Source: Eledone cirrhosa (taxonomy: Eukaryota). Taken from it: DNA of 64,000 bases. The stretch spans positions 80,199 through 144,198 of the forward strand of contig CAXHJY010000307.1 in NCBI GenBank assembly GCA_964016885.1. The letters run 5' to 3'. Below, in pieces: positions 27,020 to 41,214 of this stretch. The notes under the pieces were generated by a model. The model worked only from the letters and a program-made list of their open reading frames with translations, was not told the origin of the DNA and ran no database searches. The first letter of the stretch is position 1. Each line of letters starts with the position of its first letter. Both the position numbers and the translations under genes were made by a program.

Positions 27020-28439
27020 CTGATGTTAGAAAAAAAAAAAAAAAAAAAAATGCAAATGTGCTATTTATAGTTTATTCTTTTATTTTACTGGTTTCAATCA
27101 TTTGACTGTGGCCATGCTTGGGCACCACTTTCAGGAGGATGGCATTCTTCCACCCTAAAGACCTGGCATGAATGCTTGTAACACAAGGGAACCCTCTGCA
27201 AAAGCTGGTGATGGGGGTTAAATAAAACAATCGATTAAGTTTACCACCCAAGTAGATCATAGCAGGATTTGAACTCAGAACGTAGAAAGTCGTAACTAAA
27301 TACCATAAAGCATTTTTTTGTTTAATACACAACTGAAGCCATCCTTAATAAGGATAATATTAATAATCATTTCTGATATAGGAACAAGGCCAACAATTTT
27401 TTTTATGGAGGGGAAAGTCGATTAAATTGACCCCAGTGCATTACTGGTACTTTATTGTATCAACTCTATGCTGCAAAGCAGAGTGTCCAACACTTTACCA
27501 ATACTGCCAATCCACAACCCTGATCAATAATAATAATTTTGTGAAATGGACCAAACAAAAATGTGGGGTTTGTGATATTGGTTCCAAGGAGAAGGCAAAC
27601 TCAGTTCACAACCAAAACAATAACCACTTCTAACATAAACACCAGCGATACTTTATTTTATCAACTCTGGAAGGATGCAGAGCAAAGTTGACCTCTGTGA
27701 GATTTGAACTCAGAACATAAAGCACCAAAACAAAATACAAACATTTTATACAAAAGTGTTACATAAAAACTGATGTGGTGTAGTTGTTGGACCTTTGTTG
27801 GTTCTGAAGACCAGTGTTCCAGTTGTTTAGTAAATACAACAGCCTGCTTGTGAGATTAACATGCAAGTGGCTAAGCATTCTACAGACAAATACACTATGT
27901 TATGCGGAATCTCAGTTAGATTCAGCGTGACAATGGGTATAACAAAGCTGGCCTTTGAAACCACAGGTACAGCTCATTTTTTTCCAGTTGAATGGACGGG
28001 GTACCGTGCAGTATAGTATCTTGCTCAAGTAGACAAGGCACCAGTGGGAATCAAATTCACGACGTTACAAGCATGAGGTGAACACACTAACCACAATGCC
28101 ATACACCTGTTGGAATGTACATATAGAATAAATGAGGTAGGAACAGAAAGTAAAACATGAAAAGAAAGGGACCACCACCTACTGAGGATCAGAGCTACCC
28201 AAGTCCCTAACAATCTTACACTATGGGCAGAGCCAGAACTATCATTAAAGCTAATTAGGTAGCAGTCAAGGGCACAGACCTCAGGGAGGCACATTACTAG
28301 ATCTTAAAAGGCCACAGTTTTATACAAATTTGTATAATTAAATAAAATATAAATCTTCTTCTTTCTTGTGGCACTAAACTCCGCCAGTTGCAAACTGCAC
28401 ATCAACATGAGATATTTTTCTACATATCAACATGAGATA

Positions 28440-28795
28440 TTTTTCTCCAAAAAGTTTGATCACCAGCAGCAGAGTTTAAAGAGCAAAGATCAAGTTTAGT
28501 CCATAAGTTGACATTATCAAACCATCATTTTGGTCTCTTACCAGCCAACCTTCCTTCCTTCCACCCATCACGAGTTGATATTGTTATATGACAGTATAGT
28601 TTGAGTACTCTTGCCTTGACAATTGATGTAATTGGTCTAAGTTTGGTAATGTTAAGCAGCTCACTGATACAGATACGGTCACTGAGCTGCTTGCCAGTCA
28701 TAAGTCTCATGATGTGGTTCTGGAATGTAGAGAGCTTCTGAAGTGACCTTGTCGTCCAATTAATACAGTCAAGACCATATAACACAGGTAGGATG
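28440..28795 (-). mobile_element. RTE-like LINE 3' fragment
   Basis: LYGLDCINWTTRSLQKLSTFQNHIMRLMTG...ARVLKLYCHI...GKRPK resembles the RTE C-terminus. Confidence 0.6.
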
Positions 28796-29088
28796 TAATA
28801 TCATTTGATATATCTTCATTTGATATATCTTCTAAAATTCAATAAATATATCATGAAACATTATTATGGAAATATACAAAGCAGTGGAAGGGTCACATGC
28901 TGTTATGACATGTCACATGATTTGACATGGGTGAGTGAGGGACTTGTAGTGGAAAATGCAGGCTTAGTGATTTTCTTAGTGTGCTCAAAACAAGAAGTGT
29001 CAAAGTGTAATCTAGAAAATATTATATTTCAGAGAATGGGGTAAATAACTAGGAGGGGTGCATAGAATTGTGAGGTGAACACCTTCAC

Positions 29089-29138
<50 letters not shown>

Positions 29139-29155
29139 CAACATGAGATATATAT

Positions 29156-29190
<35 letters not shown>

Positions 29191-29232
29191 CATATATACA
29201 TATATTTATATACCCATAATATATATACATAC

Positions 29233-29282
<50 letters not shown>

Positions 29283-29545
29283 AATACATATATACGTGTA
29301 TATATGTATGTATTTATATATATATATATACAGAACAGTGCATTGAGCCGATGCTTATCTCGGTTTCATGGCATGAAGGAGTACAAGACTTTTCCCTGGA
29401 CAGGATGCCAGTACATCGAAGGGTTAAACCCCCAGTTATTGCTGGTAGAATCAAATCCACATGCCTTCACTCATATATACATATATACATACATACATAT
29501 ATATATTTAATAAAATATTTTAGTCTTGAAATTTATTATTATTAT

Positions 29546-29619
<74 letters not shown>

Positions 29620-29849
29620 TGATAGGAAGAAAGGAGCAAAGGAATCTTCCTTTTCTCCTTTCTTCCTATGACTTCTGTGAGCCAACACACTTCTAGCTGC
29701 TGATTTCTGTCCTTTGAGGTAAATTTTACCAGACGCAGCCATTGACAGCATTTTGCTGTTTTAACAGCTCCCTTGCATTGAGTTTTTCCCATTATCCGAC
29801 GAGTTATATATATATGTGTGTATGGAAAAGTAGATGGGAAAATGATGAT

Positions 29850-32580
<2,731 letters not shown>

Positions 32581-32951
32581 GGGGGGGGGGGTTGACCGCA
32601 TGTTGTAGAGTGTGGTGGAGGGGGAGAAGATATTAAGGAGCGGGAATTAAGAGTTTGAAATAATAACAAATATATTTAAAATATTGTATGAGAGAAGAAT
32701 AGGTTTAAGTGAGATCCTCGAATTTAACAAACAAAAATACAAGATTTGTTTAGTAAAATACGCCAAAAACTTTCGTATTTAACATGAAATGACGAAATAC
32801 AAGATTTGTTTTGGAAAATACGAGATAGGATACATAGGAAATAGGATGGAATGGCTAGTAGTGAAGAAGAATTGGAATGAGGATAGAAATGCTATAGGGT
32901 TTGGAAGGACTATGAAATTAAGCGGATGTTAGAAAAGTTAGAAAAATATGA

Positions 32952-33028
<77 letters not shown>

Positions 33029-33042
33029 GCATATAATAATGA

Positions 33043-33077
<35 letters not shown>

Positions 33078-33306
33078 AATTATTGCGTACAGTGCTCAGG
33101 TGCACTACAACTCATCAAAGGTGCACGTATAGTACATAGAATAATGTACAAATGTATATGTAGAAAACCTGCCAGACAGTCCTATACAAGTAAAACAACC
33201 AATCTTGCCTCAAGTGGGACAATTCCCGTGTAAACCCATGCTAGCGTGGAAGATAGACGTTAAACGATGATGATGATGGATAGATATATATGCATATATA
33301 TATATA

Positions 33307-33351
<45 letters not shown>

Positions 33352-33839
33352 AAGAGTATCTTGGTCAGTCAATAAACCTTTTGGCCTATGAACTTTTCAA
33401 CCGACATTTGTATGCATGTGTGTGTGTGTATGTGTGTGTGTACGTATGTGTGTGACGGAGTGAATAGAGAACTGGTACTTTAACTTGGACATAATGTGTC
33501 ATATGTAAAAGTCATTAAGAACTTTGTCAATTTTAAAAGCCACCAAGGCAACTAATTGGATATGAGCACAATTGAGTCTTTAATTAATTCAGACTGGCTG
33601 AATATATACTTAATTTAATTACATTTAATTACTGCTACGTACAATACTAGAGCCATGTTCATCTTGGTGCCATGTACTCTCAAGTCCCAAATAATGGAGA
33701 GGGGGGGGGGGGATAAGCAAGAGGGTGCAGAAAATCGATAATTTTTCTAGGTTGCCTCCGTTCATTTTTTTTTTTTTGAATACCAGAATTAGTAATTTAG
33801 TTTACATATTGAGACTTCAACTCATCCTATTTATTTTGT

Positions 33840-35318
33840 TTTGTTAGAGTTGCCTACTGACTGTAGGTTTCGCTTTGTACTTAGGCAAGGCGGGTCTTCC
33901 GTATTACTGTGTAGCGCCAAAGATCTCGGTCCAGTGACATTGTCTTGGAGAGGTGTAAGTGTGTGAGGTCGGAATTTATCAAGTCGTCCCAGGTTTTTCT
34001 GGGTCTGCCTACTCCGTGGCTACCGTCTATTTTTATCGCCCTGCACTTTTTTTATACAGCTGTCGTCTTTCATGCGCATCACGTGACCGTACCAACGTAG
34101 TCTTCTCTCGAGTAAACAACATCTGATCCCTCTTGTTCCTAATTTCTCCCTTAGTTCGTTTATGCTCTGCCGTTCACGTATATTACTATTACACATCCAG
34201 CGGAGCATGCAAGCTTCGTATATCCTCTGCACACAATGCCCAGGTCTCACTGCCATGTAACATTGTTGTTCGTATGCAGGCATCATACATCCTGCCTTTC
34301 ATTTTTAGAGAGAACCCTTTAGCGGCCAATAGTGGTATAAGCTCTCTGAACTTTTTCCATCCCATTCTGACTCTAGCTACTGTACTTTCAGAGCACCCTC
34401 CCCCACTGCTGATTTTGTCACCCAGGTAACGGAAGGTGTCTACTATTTCTATAGAACCATCTGTGCAATGGAATGAGCTAGTATTCTGTGGGCACTTGCT
34501 GCTACTTATTGCACCAGAACACCGGCCACATATAAAATCTATATTCTTAGTTAGCTTACCTGTGATCCCACTACATCTTTTATGCACCCATACTTTGCAT
34601 TTGGGACATAAAATGGAGTTTCTGCCTACTCCTTTCCTACACACTGAGCATGGCCATTTCCCAGATGGGACCGGTGCCCTATTTTCCTTCCTACAAACTA
34701 GAACTTTAGTCTTAGACAAGATAACTGTAAGGCCTTTTGATTCTAGGCCATGCTTCCATGTTTGGAATTTCTTCTCTAGTTCAGCCATTGATTCAGCTAT
34801 GAGCGTTAGATCATCTGCATATAGGAGTTCCCATGGGCAGCCGATCTTGAACTCCTCTGTTATAGCCTGAAGGGTAATAATAAATAGTAGGGGGCTAAGA
34901 ACGGAGCCCTGATGAACACCAACTTTTACGCTAAACTCTTCACTATATTCGTTGTTAATTCTAACCTTGCTGACTGTTTCTTTATACATGGCTTGTATAG
35001 CTCTCACAAGCCATTCATCAACACCTAGTTTTCTAAGCGCCCACCAGATAATGGAGCGGGGGACTCTGTCAAAGGCTTTCTCCAAGTCGACAAAAGCTAA
35101 GTATAAGGGTTTACTTTTAGCTAGGTACTTCTCTTGTAGTTGTCGTACAATGAAAAGAGCGTCTGTGGTACTTTTACCTGACACAAACCCGAACTGCATT
35201 TCATCTAGATCAATTCGTTCTCTGATTAGTTGCGCTATTACTTTTTCTGTGACCTTCATGACCTGGTCGATTAATTTAATGCCTCTATAGTTACCCCTAT
35301 CAAGAGCATCGCCTTTAC
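33840..35318 (-). mobile_element. RTE-clade LINE, 5'-truncated, RT followed by a PHD-like Cys cluster
   Basis: ORF 34189-35259: QFGF, FVDLEKAFDRVPR, GVHQGSVLSPLLF, LLYADDL, WPCSVC..C..C..WVHKRC..FICGRC; RRLRWYGHVMRM in a shifted frame. The same 3' sequence recurs at about 47800-47940 and 53470-53615. Confidence 0.9.
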
Positions 35319-35364
35319 ATATATATATATATATAAACGTTTAACCATCTGGCAGGAAGGTATA

Positions 35365-35405
35365 CGTTGCTGACAATAGCTAATAAGCTTGAAACTAGTA
35401 CAGTG
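35365..35405 (+). ncRNA. Minimal type I hammerhead ribozyme motif (uncompensated G8A, probably inactive)
   Basis: CGTTG-CTGACAA-T AGCT AATA AGCT T-GAAA-CTAG-TA-CAGTG: helix I, core, helix II, palindromic helix III ACTAGT, GUA site. Confidence 0.6.
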
Positions 35406-36288
35406 TTCCTTTGTCAGTGTTGAACAAATGAGCAACGATGGTTGCTAGACATTGTACGGCTTAATTCGGGATGTTTGTTTACAAACACACCGAGCATTAT
35501 AATAAATGTTCGGTGAATCCATACGTACATATATTTATGTGGGCATGTATGTATATATATATATATATATGCATATTACTGTACGTCTGTATACATATAT
35601 GTATATACGTATACATACTTATATATATATATATACATATCATCATCATCATCATCATTTTACGTCCGCTTTTCCTTGCTTGCAAGGGTGGGACGGGTTC
35701 TATTCAGCACACCATCTCTCCACTTGTCACGGTCCTTCGTTATCTCCTCTGTGAGCTTCAGCAATCGGAGGTCTGCTCTCACCACCTCCGCCCATGTTTT
35801 TCGTGGTCTTCCTCTCCTGCGTCTTCCTTCTACTGGGATTTCTTGGCAGGGAAAGTGGACAAATGATGATGATATATATATTCACATACATATGTATTAC
35901 ATTTTACTTCCTACAAATGAACTGAATCAGAAGACCACAAAACAAAATGAACAACAAAATATCCAATATTGACGTTTCCAGGTTGATATTGTGAAATAGA
36001 CAGTATCCATCCATGGGTTAATAAGTTTTATTCTCTTCAATGAGAAGCCACAGTCAATATGTGTGTAGATTTCTTTATGTGACAAACAAGGAGAGTGAGG
36101 TTGTACTAAACTACCAAATATATTCATGTAAAAGTTGACCCTATATAAAAGTCGGTCTCATATAAAAATCAAGCCCCTATATTTCTGGCCAAAAAATTCT
36201 AATTTTTCACATGCATCTCATGTAAAAGTTACATGGACAACAGATAAACATTTGTGAATCAAGGTATTATCCTGTACATAAATGTTAC

Positions 36289-36717
36289 TTCTTCTTCGCC
36301 CACTTATTCCTGTGAGGATCGTGGGAGCAGAGTCCTCAAATACTCCGAGCGGGTCCTGTCAGAAGCAACCATCTCCAACTGATCTGGTTGGATCCCCAAG
36401 CGAGAGATGCCAAGCTGATGGATATTATCCAACCATCTTGCTGGATGTTCATGTTAAGAGAGGGGCTGAGCTGTCAACTGATCATCATCTAGTTATCTGC
36501 AACTTGAGACTAACTAAAGCCAAGGAAGCCCACAAAACTGGCAGGTCTGGGGCAACTTACAGGATAAAGTAGGAAGCACTGATGGATAAGGAGGTCAGGA
36601 CCAGGTATGCAGATACTATTGCATCCAAACTCAGAGAACTCCCTGAGTAAATTGAGGACGTTAAGACAGAGTGGAGATTGTTCAGCGCAGCAGTTTCTGC
36701 TTCAGCTGTTAAATGAG
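36289..36717. mobile_element. 5'-inverted RTE LINE insertion with 11-bp TSD
   Basis: TSD ATAAATGTTAC at 36278-36288 and 36718-36728. Segment 36289-36442 is an RTE-type 3' end on minus (homologous to 20050-20210); 36443-36717 is an endonuclease piece on plus (LDVHVKRGAELSTDHHLV). Confidence 0.75.
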
Positions 36718-37997
36718 ATAAATGTTACCATGAGGAAATTAATTTTTCTATGCCATTATGTTTTGATATCTACAAGAGAATAAATATACTTTTAAGAACT
36801 ATGTGGCCTTATTCATGTCTTGGTATTAGGGAAATGTGGTTTGATACATAGATACATAAGAATTATTAACTGTAATCTATTGTTTTTTTGCTGGGTTTTT
36901 TAGGGTTTTTTTAAAATTCATTTAATGTCCATTTAGACCACTGCTTATTGATGTTATTTTGGATTGTAGTGTGAAATTCAGCCTTTTGAATGTAATATCC
37001 ATGTAATAGCCTGTCCACTTTGTAAGGTGGTTGTACTGAAGGCAAGAGAAAAAAAAGCACCCAGTTCACCCTGTAAAGTGGGTGTGCTGCGGACACGACA
37101 AAAAGTACCCACTGCAGCCCATAAGATGGTGGTTTTGATGCCATGATAAAATACACCCAGTCAACACTGTAACATGGTTGGCATTAAGGAGAGCATCCCA
37201 CCATAGAAACCAAGCAAAATATAGATCTGTATGAACAAGACATGGTCACCTGACCTGACTTATCTCATAACATGACAACCCGTCAAACCTATGCAAGCAT
37301 GGAAAATGGACATTAAACGATGGTGATGATGAGTCAACCCCATAAATTTAAGCTAAATAAATATTTAAAAAAAAATTTTGACTTCTACATGAATATATAA
37401 GATACTACCTACAATGTAGCTTCTAAAGCTGCCAACAAACTCCACACACCTGCCTAATCATGAGGCAACTGATGAAGAATGGCACGTAGATGTGGTATTG
37501 AAATAGTGGGGGTGACAACTTTCTAAAGCATATGTGGTTAGGAACAAACCAACTTTACCCGATCTATGAGATCCACAAATGGGGCCACACAACAGATGCT
37601 GAATGAAATAATCAAAACGGCTTAATTTTTTATGGCTTCCTGAAAAAATTGAGATAGTTTTAAAATGAACTGAATACAAACAACAACAACATGCATCTTA
37701 AGGCTATTTTCCCTGCTAAAAAAAGGCTTGTGGGTCTCATGTCAAGTTTTTCCACATTGCTATATGTTATATATATATATATAAAGTATTTCCATATATA
37801 ATATATATTATATATAATATAATATATATATATAATATAATTGTTTCTACTATTGGCACAAGGCCAGCAATTACCCAGTACATTACTGGTATTTTATTTT
37901 ATCGACCTCGTAAGGATGAAAGGCAAAGTTAACCTCGGCGAGATTTGAACTTAGAATATATAATATAATATAATATATATATAATATATCTATCTAT

Positions 37998-38243
37998 CTA
38001 GGGCGGGTAAAATTCCCGAGATCCATGGACGAGTTCTCTCCAGCGGTCTCTGTCCCTCATTATCGCTGCCATGTCCTGCGTCTCCAACAGACCAGTGTCT
38101 GTCCTTAGGGCATCAACATACGTTAACCTTGGTCTTCCTCTTCCAGTGTGTCCATGTAGGGGCTCCCACAGGAGCACTGAGTGCAATGTTAACTCTGGAT
38201 GTCGGTGTGCATGTCCAGCTAACCTCAGTCTCCTCTGTGTCAC
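37998..38243 (-). mobile_element. RTE-like LINE 3' fragment
   Basis: QRRLRLAGHAHRHPE...LLWEP.HG...RGRPRLTY; same family as 45760-46200 and 46850-47450. Confidence 0.8.
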
Positions 38244-38256
38244 TTTTGAGAGCCAC

Positions 38257-38296
<40 letters not shown>

Positions 38297-38351
38297 CGTG
38301 GGAAAGTAAGAAATCAGAGAATAGACCGTTAAAACATGTTTATTTAAAACA

Positions 38352-38391
38352 GCACCTACGTACGTTTCGCCCAGTTGGGCTTCTCAAGGGC
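38352..38391 (-). ncRNA. Minimal type I hammerhead motif, U3:A8 core variant
   Basis: Minus: GCCC-TTGAGAA-GCCCA AC TGGGC-GAAA-CGTACG-TA-GGTGC; palindromic helix III ACGTACGT, GUA site; the element is flanked by (TA)n. Confidence 0.6.
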
Positions 38392-39304
38392 ATAAATAAT
38401 CAAAAGTGTTCCTTACATTGCTCGGAATATGATATATATATATTATATATATAATATATATATATCATATATACACGTATACATAAACACACACACATAT
38501 ATATAAATACATACACATACACAACCCACGCTAGCGTGGAAAATTGACGTTAAACGAAGATGATGATGATGATGATATATATATAAACACACACATATTT
38601 TTATGAGATATTATTGTCAGAGAAATATAATACAACAGTGTTAAAAAGCCCTCTGACCTTCCAAGGAATAAGTGGATGGAGGAGAATATGATTGTTAAAC
38701 ACTTGAATACAAACAATAAAATAGAACATTTTATATAAGTTATATGAAGAGTCTTTGTTTATTTATCAGGAGGAAACATGAAGAAGAATTAACTCTTTAT
38801 GTACATATTTCTAATGAAATACACTGTCTTGATTTAAAACCACTGTATCCGGCCAGAATTTCTCATCAAAGTGGCTGTAACTGGCCACTCATACTGATGT
38901 TAAGGTATTGTTCTCAAAATAAATAATATCAATATCTCATAGATATGATATTATGTGAGGTAAATGCTGAAGGGTTAAATAATCAAATATTTTAAGCAAT
39001 TTACTAAAATTATTAATTATTTCATTACTATGATAGTAATCTAACTCTTTAGCATATATATATATATATATATATATATAACGAAGGAAGTGTGGTAAGG
39101 AACTAGGTGGACCATAACGCACCAGAGTACTCAATACTTTGGGTAGTAGAGTGGGCAATAAGAAAATGTTCAAGACCCCGACGGCAGAGCTCAAGCCGTT
39201 TCGACGGCTATTTCTGAAATAGTCGTCGAAACGGCTTGAGCTCTGCCGTCGGGGTCTTGAATATTTTCCTATATATATATATATATATTAAGAATATTTG
39301 TTTG

Positions 39305-39350
39305 TTTCCTTTACCGATTTCACAGTTCTTATGCTTTTCAAAAGTAGAAT
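39305..39350 (-). ncRNA. Possible minimal hammerhead motif, U3:A8 variant
   Basis: Minus: CTT-TTGAAAA-GCA TAAGAAC TGT-GAAA-TCGG-TA-AAG; helices are short; flanked by (TA)n. Confidence 0.4.
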
Positions 39351-39646
39351 TGAGATGAAGGGTTTGTGATTTTTCTCGCATCCCTCTCTCTCTATATATA
39401 TATACACACATACATATTTATACATACATATATAAGTGTGTGTGTTTATATGTGTGTGCATGTGTATAACTTAGCAGTTCAACAATAACAGATCAATAAA
39501 ATATGTACCAGAATTGAAAAAATATATGTACTGGAGTTTATATGATCAACTGAAAACCCTTCAAGGTGGTGCCCTAGTGTGGCCGCATGCTAACGATTGA
39601 AATCAGTAAAAGAATCAAGGAATAATAGAATGGTTGGATTACTTAC

Positions 39647-39689
39647 TACTGTAGCGCCGAATCCAGCCGGCTTTTACAATATCAGCCAT
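39647..39689 (-). CDS. PLEKHB: Evectin/PLEKHB-like first coding exon
   Basis: Pyrimidine tract + tAG directly before ATG (39689); MADIVKAGWIRRYS (cf. evectin MAFVKSGWLLRQS); donor GTAAGT, phase 1. The nine exons total 1110 nt = 369 aa + stop. Confidence 0.9.
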
Positions 39690-40792
39690 CTAAATGAAGA
39701 GGAAAGAGAGGAATTTATACAACATTATACTACAAAACACCACTACACACCATACTACATAACACCACCACACAATACTACACAACACAACACCACCACA
39801 CTATACTACACAACACTACGCTGTATTTTTCTGTATAAAATACCTTACAAAGCTGCTATATGTCGACACTTCAGTTATATTTTCTGGTCGTTGTATAATA
39901 TGAAAGTGTTTACATCAATAAGTTATCACCCCATTAAGATGCTGCAATATTCGAGACTAACGTTTTTAACGAGAGTTCAGTTGACAAACAACACACAAAA
40001 GGGCAGCTCTTTATGTTATTTATGTCAGCTATTATTATGGTTATATTTTATGTCAGCTATTATTATGGTTATATTTTATGTCAGCTATTATTATGGTTAT
40101 ATTTTAGTGTAAACCCTCCACTCTCCCTAATGAAAAAATAACACGTCCCTTTACGTTCGGAGTTCAAATCCCGTCGAGGTTAGCTTTGCCTTTCATCCTT
40201 ACCAGGTCGATAAAATAAAGCACCAGTAACGTACTAGGGTCGATTTAATCGACTTCCCCCCAAAAAAAAATTGCTGGCCTTGTGCCATTATTATTGCTTC
40301 TATTATTAACGTCGCCTGCATCCGATGTGTTTGTGGCAAATACAAATATCATTATATATTATGATTGCATAAAGCTTAATTTTCATTCTACCCTTTATTA
40401 CAATCAATATTTTCCGTATAATATAATAATCCACGGTAATGCTGCGAGCATGTTGGCTTGTGTCAAAAAGTATTAGGAGACTCCAGTACTACTTGTTGAG
40501 TGTGACTGATTGATACACATTAGTGTTGAATAAATATTTTGTCATTTTGATTTTATATTTTTATGTGAAATATTTATGTTATTAAGTATTGGATATATTA
40601 TTTGATATATTAAATCTGTAAGTATTAGAAATAACTTGTAATGTTATTTATACAATTGTGAATAAATATTTTCATGGTTATCCTACCAACGATAATTTAA
40701 TTATATATATATATATATTAGGATGATGGCAGATGATAGATATTCGAAGGGCCGGAGTCCAGCAGAAAGAGGATTTGCTTCGAAATCACTAG

Positions 40793-40885
40793 ACGTATCT
40801 GAGGAACTTGCGAATCCAGAGTCAGGTTCAATCCACAATCAGATCGTACCTCAAGCTATTCATCGGAGAAACAATTGTAATACGT
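40793..40885 (+). ncRNA. Type I hammerhead motif with long, degenerate helix II
   Basis: ACGTAT-CTGAGGA-(62 nt)-GAAA-CAATTG-TA-ATACGT: perfect 6-bp helix I, palindromic helix III, GUA site. Confidence 0.65.
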
Positions 40886-41080
40886 AATAAATTGTGTTCC
40901 GATGCATCACTGATTCTTCGTTTTCTCTCTCTATATATATATAGGAACGAGTAGGACCCCGACGGCTGAGCTCAAGCCGTTTCGACGGCTAAATGAAGTA
41001 TTTCCGTCGGAAAGGTACAGGAAAAAAGAGTGATCTATGTAGGCTTATTAGTTATGTAATAAACAACATAAGATAATTAT

Positions 41081-41142
41081 TTCATTTACCAGTGGTTTCT
41101 TGAAGGCAGATATTTATATCTTTCTCCAGTCGTCAGAATGAA
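41081..41142 (-). ncRNA. Minimal type I hammerhead ribozyme (left arm of palindrome)
   Basis: Minus: TTCATT-CTGACGA-CTGGAGAAAGATATAAATATCTGCCTTCAA-GAAA-CCACTGG-TA-AATGAA. Confidence 0.75.
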
Positions 41143-41152
41143 TAAATATTTA

Positions 41153-41214
41153 TTCATTCTGACGACTGAAGACAGATATAAATATCTGCCTTCAAGAAAC
41201 CACTGATAAATGAA
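41153..41214 (+). ncRNA. Minimal type I hammerhead ribozyme (right arm of palindrome)
   Basis: TTCATT-CTGACGA-CTGAAGACAGATAT AA ATATCTGCCTTCAA-GAAA-CCACTGA-TA-AATGAA; one G>A change in helix III relative to the left arm. Confidence 0.65.

Noticed and set aside
37560-37640. Possible extra minus-strand exon
   Set aside because: Weak donor, and the flanking PH exons already join in frame without it.
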